A stretch of 64,000 nucleotides of DNA from Amia ocellicauda (Eukaryota). This document shows positions 38,235 through 49,150 of this stretch, piece by piece (position 1 is the stretch's first letter; each line of letters opens with the position of its first letter). The stretch is from NCBI RefSeq assembly GCF_036373705.1, contig NC_089863.1:18851406-18915405 (forward strand), in the 5' to 3' direction. Both the position numbers and the translations under genes were made by a program. The notes under the pieces were generated by a model that worked only from the letters and a program-made list of their open reading frames with translations, did not search any database and was not told where the DNA came from.

Positions 38235-39073
38235 CACCGATCAGCCATAACATTATGAGCACTAACAGGTGACGTGAATAACACTGATAATCTCGTTATC
38301 ATGGCACCTGTCAGTGGGTGGGATATATTGGGCAGCAAGTGAACATTTTGTCCTCAAAGTTGATGTGTTCGAAGCAGGAAAAACGGGCAGCGTAAGGATC
38401 TGAGCGACTTTGACAAGGGCCAAATTGTGATGGCTAGACGACTGGGTCAGAGCATCTCCAAAACTGCAGCTCTTGTGGGCTGTTCCCGGTCTGCAGTGGT
38501 CAGTACCTATCAAAAGTGGTCCAAGGAAGGAAAAGCGGTGAACCGGCGACAGGGTCATGGGCGGCCAAGGCTCACTGATGCACGTGGGGAGCGAAGGCTG
38601 GCCCGTGTGGTCCGAGCCAACAGACGAGCTACTGTAGCTCAGATTGCTGAAAAAGTGAATGCTGGTTCTGATAGAAAGGTGTCAGAACACACAGTGCGTC
38701 GCAGTTTGTTGCGTATGGGGCTGCGTAGACACAGACCAGTCAGGGTGTCCATGCTGACCCCTGTCCACTGCCAAAAGAGCCTACAATGGGCACGTGAGCA
38801 TCAGAACTGGACCACGGAGCAATGGAAGAAGGTGGCCTGGTCTGATGAAACACAAGTTCCCCAGATCTCAATCCAATCGAGCATCTGTGGGATGTGCTGA
38901 ACAAACAAGTCCGATCCAAAGGATCTGCTGCTAACGTCTTGGTGCCAGATACCACAGCACACCTTCAGAGGTCTAGTGGAGTCCATGCCTCGACGGGTCA
39001 GGGCTGTTTTGGTGGCTAAAGGGGGACCTACACAATATTAGGCAGGTGGTCATAGTGTTATGGCTGATCGGTG
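38235..39073 (+). mobile_element. Tc1-like DNA transposon, internal-deletion derivative (about 840 bp) with about 28-bp TIRs (CACCGATCAGCCATAACATTATGA) and a truncated transposase
   Basis: Terminal inverted repeats at 38235-38262 and 39046-39073. ORF 38427-38900 encodes the Tc1 paired-like HTH region ...WKKVAWSDE. The ORF then fuses out of frame to a C-terminal [12 protein letters not shown] remnant, so the DDE catalytic core is missing. Confidence 0.8.
38427..38900 (+). pseudogene. Truncated Tc1 transposase (N-terminal DNA-binding domain only)
   Basis: Same as above. Confidence 0.75.
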
Positions 39074-39364
39074 TGTGTATATACACTGAGCTCACATTCT
39101 ATTTATACTGTACACACACTGTCCTCACCCTGTGCACAAAACATACCCACACTGCACTCACACGCTACACACAGTCTTGTTATGTCTGTGAGCTTACGTC
39201 TGCCGTCTGTGTTTTATTGTATTAATGAATTTGAGAATGTGATTTCATTCTTTCTTATTATTGATGTTCACATTATTTATGTATTCATTTTAAAATGTAT
39301 TATTTGCATCGTTTCTCTATTGCAAATGCTTTGCCAACACCAAAGAGCAGTGGGTCATGACAAA

Positions 39365-39375
39365 AAAGCTATAGT

Positions 39376-39435
<60 letters not shown>
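39365..39435. repeat. (GA)n microsatellite; (CA)n lies at 39597-39641 and (CTGT)n at 39690-39770
   Basis: Read directly from the sequence. Confidence 0.9.
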
Positions 39436-39441
<6 letters not shown>

Positions 39442-39592
39442 CGGCAGGATCACGGCAAGCTGAGTTCGGCTGTTTCCGTGAGCCGTGACTCGGCTCAGTT
39501 CGGAGAGCTCCTGTTTGCAGCGCTGCAGATGCGGACGTCTCCGGCACTGGCTGTGGCGCATAGCGAGGTACTCGACACACACGGACAGCGAC

Positions 39593-39635
<43 letters not shown>

Positions 39636-40096
39636 ATACACATACACACTCACACACGGGGCTGAGGAGCGCAGAGGGTCGTCCGGTACCGGCGGTCTGT
39701 CGGTCTGTCTGTCTGTCTGTCTGTGTGGAGGGTCTCTGTGTTCGTCAGCCTGTCTGTCTGTCTGTCTGTGTCATCTCTGTGTAACGGTGTCTGTGTATGT
39801 GAATACGCCTGTGCCCGCTATATTATTATTATTCTGATTATTACTGCTGTTGTCAGTGATGCTTTATGGTTCTGTGTGAGAAGAGTCAGAAACGATGGAC
39901 CAGGATCTCGCGTCAACTCGTGGTTATAAACGTGACGAGTGAGGAGACACTGTTTACCTCCTCCACCACTCCCTCTGTTCGTGTGAGTCTGTCTATCTCT
40001 CCCTCTGTCGATCTGTTCCCCTCTCTTCTTATATTCATCCACGTCTCCCTCAGCTTCTATGCCTTTCCATACTCTCTCTTTCTCCCTTTCCGTACC

Positions 40097-40132
<36 letters not shown>

Positions 40133-40416
40133 GGAGGGAGGGAGATTATTCTATTATTAATTGCGTTTCAGTTGCAGAGAGGGAGAGAGACAAAGAGAGG
40201 TAAATGCAGACAGAAGGCCTGGTAAAGAGGGAGCAGGTTGTGTTGACAGTCTGCATTGTGCTTCAGTGAACTGGAAAAGGGAGCCTTTTGAGAGAGAGGG
40301 AGAGAGTGAGAACTACCGGGGGCAGAGTACGCTCTCACTGACGGACAGAGCGCTGTGGGTCTCAGCGCCATCACTCCGCATGTCTGTGTTAACTCCAAAT
40401 AGATAAATACAATCAG

Positions 40417-41010
40417 GTGTCAAATAAAAGAAGTGGTGAAAATGTACCGTACTATATTACATCGCTCTTCTCTTTCCTGCCCTCCTTCTCCCTCTCCTCT
40501 TCCCTCTCTTCTTTCACCTCCTTCCCCCTCCCCTTTCCTTTCCCCTCCTTCTCTCTTGCCTTTCCCCTTTCTCTCTACCCTCTCCCCTCCCATTTCTTTC
40601 CTCTCCTTTCCTCTTTCCCCTCCTTCTCTCCCCCTTTCTCTCTCCTTCCCTTTCCCCTCCTTCTCTCCCCCTTCCCTTCTCTCTACCCTCCCCTCTCCCC
40701 CTTTCTCTCCTCTCCTCTTTCCCCTTCTTCTCTACCCTCTCCCCTCTCCCCTTTTCTCTCCTCTTTCCCCTCCTTCTCTCTACCCACTCCCCTTCCCCCT
40801 CTCTCCTCTCCTTTCCCCTCCTTCTCTACCCACTTCCCCTCTCTTCTCTTTCCCCTCCTTTTCCTCCTTTCCCCTCCTTCTCTCTCTCCTCTCCTCTTTC
40901 CCCTCATTTTATCCTCTTTCCCCTCCTCCTCTCCCCTCTTCCCCTCTCCTCTTTCCCCTCCTTCACTCCCCTCTCCCCTCTCCCCTCTCTCTCTCTCTCT
41001 CTCTCTCAGT
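40417..41010 (+). repeat. About 600-bp polypyrimidine (CT-rich) tract ending in a ctctctcag motif immediately 5' of the asphd1 ATG
   Basis: Low-complexity CT. ORFs 40417-41016 and 40433-41620 are artefacts. Probably 5'UTR or promoter sequence. Confidence 0.8.
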
Positions 41011-41015
41011 CAGTG

Positions 41016-41495
41016 ATGATGCAGTGGGATCTGGAGTCTCTGGTGTCGGTGGTCCTGTCCCGCGCTCCCTCTCCGGGGCTGGGTGGGCGGCCGCTGACCG
41101 GGCTGCTGTGGGCCCTGCTGGTCCTGTTCCTGTGGTACTGCTACCGGGTCGGGGTGGAGAGCGCCGGCCCGGCCCGAGCCCAGTGCTCCCGCCACCGGCG
41201 CCGCCGCCCCCCCCGCCTCCAGTCTGCCTCCGGGCCCGTCTCCCTGGGCGACGCGGGGCTGCCCTTCATCGCCATGGAGACGGCGGGGGAGGAGGAGGAG
41301 GACGAGGAAGAGGAGGAGGAGGAGCTGGGGGGGGCGGGGCGGTGCCGGGGTTACCTGACCCCGGTGCTAGGCCACGCACTATTCCCAGGCCAGGCCCCGC
41401 CCCCCAGCCGGCGGCTCTATGGTGCCCTACAGGAGTACGCCAAGAGGTACTCCTGGGCTGGCATGGGCCGCATACACAAGGGGCTGCGGGAGCAG
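41016..41495 (+). CDS. asphd1: Aspartate beta-hydroxylase domain-containing protein 1, exon 1 (start codon and TM helix)
   Basis: MMQWDLESLVSVVLS...LTGLLWALLVLFLWYCYRVGV...RRLYGALQEYAKRYSWAGMGRIHKGLREQ matches human ..LTSLFLWYCYRLG..RRLRAYARRYSWAGMGRVRRA; cag|GTGAGG donor. Confidence 0.85.
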
Positions 41496-41681
41496 GTGAG
41501 GCGACTGACACCATCTTGGCTCTAGGGAAGGGGGTTAATGTGACTTTGGTGAGTTGGAGCCAAAATGGCCGCCATCTGGATGTCATCTTCCTTCCAGCAG
41601 GACAGCATTTAAATAGTTGAGAGTCAGAATCTCTCTTATCCTTGTCCCCCCTTCTCTCTCCTTCCCTCTGTTCACTCTCAG

Positions 41682-41900
41682 GGTCGTCTCCTCTCAGAGA
41701 GGCACTCTATCCAGAGGCCCCAGGTGTTCTTCCTGCCCGACGTTCCCAGCATCCCCTTCTTCCCCCGGGACGCCCAGCGCCATGACATCGAGGTCCTGGA
41801 AGCCAGCTATCCCATCATCCTCTCTGAGTTCCAGGCTGTGTACCAGAGGGGCGTGGACCCCAAGCTGGGCTGGACTGTGGGGGGCCCTGGTCAGCCCAAG
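41682..41900 (+). CDS. asphd1: asphd1 exon 2
   Basis: [73 protein letters not shown] matches human [38 protein letters not shown]. Confidence 0.85.
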
Positions 41901-42098
41901 GTGAACAACAAGTGCCAAAAAAACAAAAACGACACTTCCCAGAAACCCCCACAGCACAGGTGCTAGCGTGGGGCCACTGGGAAATGTAGTTTATTTTTAC
42001 CTTGAGATAGATTTCATGCTGGGTGAGCTGGTGTTACACTATTCCTCCTCCCTCCATCTGTCCCTCTCTAAATGTCTCTCTCTCACTCTCTCTCTCAG

Positions 42099-42306
42099 GG
42101 TTACTCAGTGTTCTCTCTGTACAGTAAGGGGGTGTGCGTGGCGCTGAACTGCCGCTCTTGCCCCCGGACATACCGCACCCTGTCCTCTCTGCGCACCTTC
42201 ATGGGCGCCAATGCGTTCGGCCATGCCGCCTTTGCCCTGCTGCGCCCCGGCACCAGCCTGCCCCAGGGCTACGGGCCCACCAACACCCGCCTGCGCTGCC
42301 ACCTGG
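42099..42306 (+). CDS. asphd1: asphd1 exon 3
   Basis: GYSVFSLYSKGVCVALNCRSCPRTYRTLSSLRTFMGANAFGHAAFALLRPGTSLPQGYGPTNTRLRCHL(g). Confidence 0.85.
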
Positions 42307-42339
42307 GTGAGGGGGTGGGCGAGAAGAGAGAGGAAGGGA

Positions 42340-42850
42340 CTGATACATTGACTGGCACACTGACTGACTGACACACTGACTGACTCACACACTGACTGAC
42401 ACACGGACTGACTGACTGACTAACTGACACACTGACTGACACACGGACTGACTGACTGACTCACTAACTGACTGACACACTGACTGACTGACACACTGAC
42501 TGAAACATGGACTGACACACTGACTGACACATGTACTGACTGACTGACTGGCTCACTAACTGACTGACTGACACACGGACTGACTGACTGACTAACTGAC
42601 TGACTGATAGACACACTGACTGACCTGACTGACACACTGACTGACTCACTAACTGACTGACACACTGACTGACCTGACTGACACACTGACTGACTCACTA
42701 ACTGACTGACACACTGACTGACTCACTAACTGACTGACACACTGACTGACTCACTAACTGACTGACACACGGACTGACTGACTGACACAATGACTGACAC
42801 ACGGTCTGACTGACACATGGACTAACTGACACACTGACTGACAGACTAAC
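42340..42850. repeat. Minisatellite in asphd1 intron 3, about 48-bp units built from (GACT)n/cacac: tgactgactcactaactgactgacacac
   Basis: Direct repeats. ORFs 42420-42698 and 42464-42649 (minus) are artefacts. Confidence 0.9.
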
Positions 42851-42878
42851 ACACATGTATGTTTTGTATGCATTGAAA

Positions 42879-42942
<64 letters not shown>

Positions 42943-42949
42943 AATACAA

Positions 42950-42994
<45 letters not shown>

Positions 42995-43052
42995 AAGAGC
43001 TAAGAGGAGGAATTTATTTTAAAAGGTAAATCTCTCTCTCTCCCTCTCTCAG

Positions 43053-43166
43053 GGCTGCAGACACCTCCTAACTGTGAGCTGGTGGTGGGGGGGGAGCCTC
43101 AGTGCTGGTCAGAGGGACACTGCCTCCTAGTGGACGACTCCTTCCTGCACAGCGTCTCCCACAACG
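43053..43166 (+). CDS. asphd1: asphd1 exon 4
   Basis: [38 protein letters not shown](g) is near-identical to human [34 protein letters not shown]. Confidence 0.9.
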
Positions 43167-43421
43167 GTCAGCCCGCACTACCACTCCCACAATCCTCAGC
43201 GCTGCACTGCATATGGGCGAGGCTTTTGGAAACTGTAGTTTTTTTAAATATATATATATTTTTGTATTAAATAACAATAGCTCTGTGTGTGTGTAAATTG
43301 TGTCCAGTCAGACTGTGTGTGTGTCTGTCTTGCTCAGCGCAGTGTGAATGCAATGTTCGTTTTGTCAGTGCAGTGTGTTAGTGGCGTTCAGTGTTAATGC
43401 ACTGTGTCCCTCTGTGTTCAG

Positions 43422-43531
43422 GCACTGTGGAGGACGGCCCGCGCGTGGTCTTCACTGTGGACCTCTGGCACCCCAATGTGGCCGCGGCCGAGAGACAAGC
43501 CCTGGACTACATCTTCGCCCCTGAGCAATAG
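43422..43531 (+). CDS. asphd1: asphd1 exon 5 (stop)
   Basis: [36 protein letters not shown] matches human [35 protein letters not shown]; TAG at 43529-43531. Confidence 0.9.
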
Positions 43532-45565
43532 ACTGACACACTGAAAATACTGACACACTGATCATTCTGACATACTGAAAATACTGACACACTGACATCA
43601 CTGAAACACTGCCACACTGATTGACAAACTGATACACTGATATGTGCTGACTAACTGACCGACTGTGTCTCTGTCTGTCTGGCTGTATACAGCTGTCAGC
43701 CGCTCTGTCTGTCTGTGTGTCTGTGTTACTGTCAGCGTGTCTGTCTGTCCGTCTCTGTGTCTCTGTCCCTCTGACTTTTCGAAGCCGCCCACTGTTTTTT
43801 ACCCATGATACCCCGCTTCCTGCCTGGGACACCAATCAGAGGAGCTGAAGCAGAGGGAGCAGCCACAGCGGGGTGCTGCACCACAGAGAGTTGAGTTGAG
43901 GCCTTCACCCCACCTCCACCCCGTCTCTTGGGGGCGCTGGTCTTGTACGCCTCACCTAGTTACTGTTGCTAGGTCTGACACGCAAAGGAGAAAGTGCCAT
44001 AGGGAAACACAGAGATCCCAGTTAGCCCGTGCGTGACATCTGTGTCCTTTCACACTGAGCGCGTGCAGATTATTTATTATTATGATTAATTTCGTAGCAC
44101 ACGCCCTTATCCAGAGCGACTTACAGTTTACATAAGAAACACTTGAAACACTTTTTGTCTGTCTTAATATTGACCTCCATCTCTGTCTTTCTCTCTGTCT
44201 TTGTCTCTGTTTAATTACCTCTAACAGTCTGTCTGTCTGTCTGCCTGTCTGCTTGTTTACCTTTCTCTCTCTATCTGTCTTGTCTGTCTGTCTGTGCCTC
44301 TCTGGCTCTCTTTGATTGTCAACCCCAAACTAGTGTGTTGCTCTCCGTGTGTGTGTGTCACCGTCAGCTTACCTGTCTGTCTGACTGCTCTCTTACTATT
44401 CCCGCTGTCTTGTGTATCTGTAAAGCAAACGTATCAAGAAAAATATATATTATTATTATTATCCTGATACTGTTGTGAAGAGTCATTGCTTTGAACTATA
44501 TATAGATACTGTATATATCTGGACTGGCGTTCAAAAGCAGGAGGGGTCTCGGTATCAGTATAGCAGGGGTCTCCACTGCTGTCAACCAATCATTGCAGAA
44601 GTCTGTGATGTATCGGCCTCTCTCTCTCTCTCTCTCCCTCTCTCCCCCCCTCTGTCTCTCTTCCTCTTGCTTTCTCCCCCTGTTTCTCACACCCTTCCTC
44701 TCTTCCCCCTCTCTCTCAGTTCCACAAACTTTTTCATATGTAATAAAGGTCAGAGTAGGTTGCATCACAAGGGCACTATAATCCCAGTAATCTCTGACTC
44801 TGTAATCCCTCTCTCTCTCTCTCTCTCCTTCTCTCTATCCCTCTATCCCCCAGTGTTTGGAAACACCAGGCGCTCTTACACAAGGGCTGTGGTGGCTGTG
44901 TGGGTAATCATATCGGAGAGGGACACACTGTGCCTGGGGACGGTGGACGGGAGACGAGGGACGGGGGGGTGGGGGGCAAGAATTATGCAAAGGGATTAAA
45001 CTGAATATGAATTTATGTAATGGGTAGGGTGAGGGATTTTATAACAGAGATAGAGGGAGATTGGGGGAGAGAGATTGGGAGGAATGATACTGAAAGAGAT
45101 GGGGTGGATATAGTGAGAGACATAGAGGAGGGCGAGTGAGAGAAACTGAGGAGAGAGAGAGCTAGATTGCATAGAGAGAAATGGGAGTGAGAGAGAGTGC
45201 TCTGGGTCTCATCTGCAGGGTTGGTGCATCTCCACTGGACCCGAACACACCACCGCTGTCAACAGAGTCCAGAGCCATGGAAAAAACTGCTGGAATTGTG
45301 CTGGGTGACATCACGAGAGAGAGGGAGAGAGAGGTCAGTCACTGCAGGGTCAGTGCAGCCCCACAGCATCACTGGACCTGAACAGGAAATAGGTCTTACA
45401 ATCCCCTCTCATGTCAATAGTTTCCAATACTAACACATTGCACCACACACTATACTATAGCAGTTTAATACACACACACACACACACACACACAGCAACA
45501 CACATATATTGATATATAGCTAGATATACAGATGGATATTTAGAAACATAAATAGATAAATAAAT

Positions 45566-47545
45566 ACAGTGGATTGCATAAGTACTCTTTCACATTTTGT
45601 TGTTACAATCTGAAATGAAAACTGATTTAATTGTGATTTTCTACCTTTGATTACCTTTCATTAACAACCTGGAGGTGCAAAATTGTGAAAAACTGAAAAC
45701 TGGAATGTGAAATGTGTTAGTTGAATAACTATTCACCCACGAGTCAATACTTGGTAGAACCACCTTTGGCAGTTATACAGCCTTGAGTCTTTTTGGATAA
45801 GTCTCTACCTGGTTCCTGTAATTGTTGCCCATTCTTCTTGGCAGAATTGCTCAAGCTCTCTCAAGTCCGAAGGGCACAATTGGTTAAGAGCAACTTTCAA
45901 GTCTTGCCACTGATTCTTAGCTGGATTGAGGTCTGGGCTTTGACTGGGCCATTCTAGAACACTAGTTTTTAACACCTTCAGACCTTGTGTCCATTACAAT
46001 CCACCTCATTGAAGAGAGGCCTGGCAGGGCTCCAAACTACATGGCAAAGTAAAGTAACTGTAGTGCAGTCTGATGATCTCACACTACATCAACACTGTAT
46101 AGTAAATATAGTGCAGTCTAATGACCTCACACTGTAGAGTAACTATAGTGCAGTCTAATGTTCTCACACTGTATAGTGACTATAGTGCAGTCTGATGACC
46201 TCACACTGTAGAGTGACTATAGTGCAGTCTAATGACCTCACACTGTAGAGTGACTGTAGTGCAGTCTGATGACCTCACACTGTACAGTGACTATAGTGCA
46301 GTCTGATGACTTCACACTGTAGAGTGACTATAGTGCAGTCTGATGACTTCACACTGTAGAGTGACTATAGTGCAGTCTGATGACCTCACACTGTACAGTG
46401 ACTATAGTGCAGTCTGATGACCTCACACTGTACAGTAACTATAGTGCAGTCTGATGACCTCACACTGCAGAGTAACTATAGTGCAGTCTAATGACCTCAC
46501 ACTGCAGAGTAACTATAATGCAGTCTGATGACCTCACACTGTACAGTGACTATAGTGCAGTCTGATGACCTCACACTGTACAGTGACTATAGTGCAGTCT
46601 GATGACCTCACACTGTACAGTGACTATAGTGCAGTCTGATGACCTCACACTGTACAGTGACTATAGTGCAGTCTGATGGCCTCACACTGTAGAGTGACTA
46701 TAGTGCAGTCTGATGACCTCACACTGTACAGTGACTATAGTGCAGTCTGATGGCCTCACACTGTAGAGTGACTATAGTGCAGTCTGATGACCTCACACTG
46801 TAGAGTGACTATAGTGCAGTCTGATGACCTCACACTGTATAGTGACTATAGTGCAGTCTGATAGCCTCACACTGTAGAGTGACTATAGTGCAGTCTGATG
46901 ACCTCACACTGTAGAGTGACTATAGTGCAGTCTGATGACCTCACACTGTAGAGTCACTATAGTGCAGTCTGATGACCTCACACTGTACAGTGACTATAGT
47001 GCACTCTAATGACCTCACACTGTAGAGTAACTATAGTGCAGTCTAATGTTCTCACACTGTACAGTGACTATAGTGCAGTCTGATGACCTCACACTGTAGA
47101 GTGACTATAGTGCAGTCGAATGACCTCACACTGTAGAGTAACTATAGTGCACTCTAATGACCTCACACTGTAGAGTAACTATAGTGCAGTCTAATGTTCT
47201 CACACTGTACAGTGACTATAGTGCAGTCTGATGACCTCACACTGTAGTGACTATAGTGCAGTACATAGATATAGTGTAAATATGATGCTATCATATGATG
47301 TTGGTATTGGTATTTTAAAACTGTTTGGACCCACTTGTTGCAAACCGCATTTTATTTAAGTGTGTCATAGCAAAGGGGCTGAATACTTATGCAATCAAGA
47401 CTTTTCCATTTTTTTTATTTGCAGTTAAGAAAAGATGTAATACTCTGTAGATCAGTGACTGAAAATCCCAATTAAATCAATTTTAATCCAACACTAAACA
47501 ATGTCCAAAAGTACCTGGGGGGTGAATAATTATACAATCCATTGT
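45566..47545. mobile_element. Tc1-like IR-DR element (long-TIR type) whose interior is replaced by a satellite array
   Basis: Left arm 45566-46055 starts acagtggattgcataagtactc. Right arm 47270-47545 ends with the reverse complement tacaatggattgtataatta and has an inner DR gattgcataagtattc at about 47385. There is no transposase ORF. Confidence 0.6.
46060..47265. repeat. Satellite, about 30 copies of a 40-bp unit gtgcagtctgatgacctcacactgtacagtgactata
   Basis: Near-perfect direct tandem repeats. Confidence 0.9.
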
Positions 47546-48289
47546 ACATAGATAGCTAGACTGATACACATATAGATAGATAGATACACAGATTTTAGTT
47601 TTTAAAATAAACCATATACAAAAATCAAATAATCATACTAGAAACACGGCACTTTTCACACCAAACCACACAACCCCAACCAGAACCCTATTCCCAGAAT
47701 AAAAAGAAACTAAAGAATAAAACAAATCAACTCATCTAGTACATACTGCCGACCATTGAAAAACCAAAACAGATTACAGAGTACATCATAGAGACATGAC
47801 TTGTCCCCACCCCCCAGCCCTGTTTGACACAGCTGAGCATTAGAGCACCACATGCCCCTCCAACACGGCCAAATCCTGCGGTGCTTTGCAGACTTCAAAA
47901 TCTACTCTGATCTTTGATAAAACCGTCTGTCTAAAAATATCCACAGGATCCCAATCACCCTTAAAAAACCCAACAACCTTGCATTCGGCCAAGATTGCCT
48001 TTTCCATCTGCACGCCACTACCCGAGTAAGATCCTCAATCATAGCCGCCCACGCAGGGCAACTGGTGTGTGTTTGTTTTACCTCTCAATTACTGTAGTGG
48101 GTGCTTAGCAGGGGTCTCGGGTCAAAGCACAGCACCCCACTCTCTGCTCGCCTCCCTCCGGTTTGAGCCCCCCGCCCCAGGCTTACTGTAACACACAGAA
48201 GTGATTGGAACGCTCTGCGTCAAACCTGGATAATTGAGCACCAGTGCGTCTGAGAGAACTTCCACAGCTGGTTTTGCAGACTACGATCT

Positions 48290-49150
48290 GCTCTAGTCTG
48301 GGATTACCCTCTTTAAAATAACATTGGGTGGTCCACGACTAGTGTGGATCTGGGTCTGCGAACCCAAACCTTCACACAGGGCGCTCCAGGGCGCCTTCGG
48401 ATCAGGTGACCTAAAAAATGTGAGTTGCTCCAAAAACAAGGCCGCGATAGTCCTTGTGTTGGTTATGTGTCGGTTATGTGCCTTGTCTTCGGAGCAGGCT
48501 GAAGAAGCCAATTGTGGGAAAATCAGCCCAAACCTTCACAGTGCCACCACCATGCTGAACAGGTTCTTCTGTTTGAAAGCAGTGTTTGGTTGAGGCCAGA
48601 AGGTTCAACCGTTGATTTGTCTGTCCAGAGAAGTCCCCGTGGATCATATATGTACTCTTTGGCGAACTTCAGGTGGGCAGCCATGTTCTGTTTAGAGAGC
48701 AGTGTTTTCTTCCGGGCTCTCCTTCCATGAACACCATTCTTGTTCGGTCTTTTTCTGATTATTGAGTCACATTAGCCAAGGCAAGAGTGGCCTGCAGAAC
48801 CTTGGCTTTTACTCTGAGGTTCTTTGTGACTTCTTGGATGATTTTCTGGTTTGTTCTTGGAGAATTTTGTACAGGATGCCCTGGGTAGAGTGACTGTGGT
48901 CTTGAAATTCTTCCATTTGTACACTATCTGTCTTACAGTGGACTGCTGGAGCCCCAAATCATCAGAAATGGGTTTGTAACCTGTTTTAGACTGATAAGCA
49001 TCAATTACTGTTTTCTGAGGTCCTCAGAGATTTCTTCTGATTGTGGCGTGACGTGTTTCCACACACCTGTATGGTGAAGGCCAGACTCACAATGTTTCTA
49101 ATCTTTATATAGGGTGGGGTCTCCCATAGTCACCCCTGAAGGTATACCTA
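48290..49150 (-). mobile_element. Tc1-family transposon fragment with frame-shifted transposase remnants (pseudogene)
   Basis: Minus ORF 48772-48957 reads ...STVRQIVYKWKNFKTTVTLPRAS (Tc1 HTH). Minus-strand translation of about 48660-48690 gives MAAHLKFAK... There are multiple frameshifts and no intact TIRs. Confidence 0.6.

Noticed and set aside
40417-41620. 199- and 395-aa plus-strand ORFs upstream of and overlapping asphd1
   Set aside because: They are a polypyrimidine-tract translation (PLSP...), and the 395-aa ORF is an alternative frame across asphd1 exon 1. The true frame is fixed by ASPHD1 homology (LFLWYCYR..., AKRYSWAGMG).
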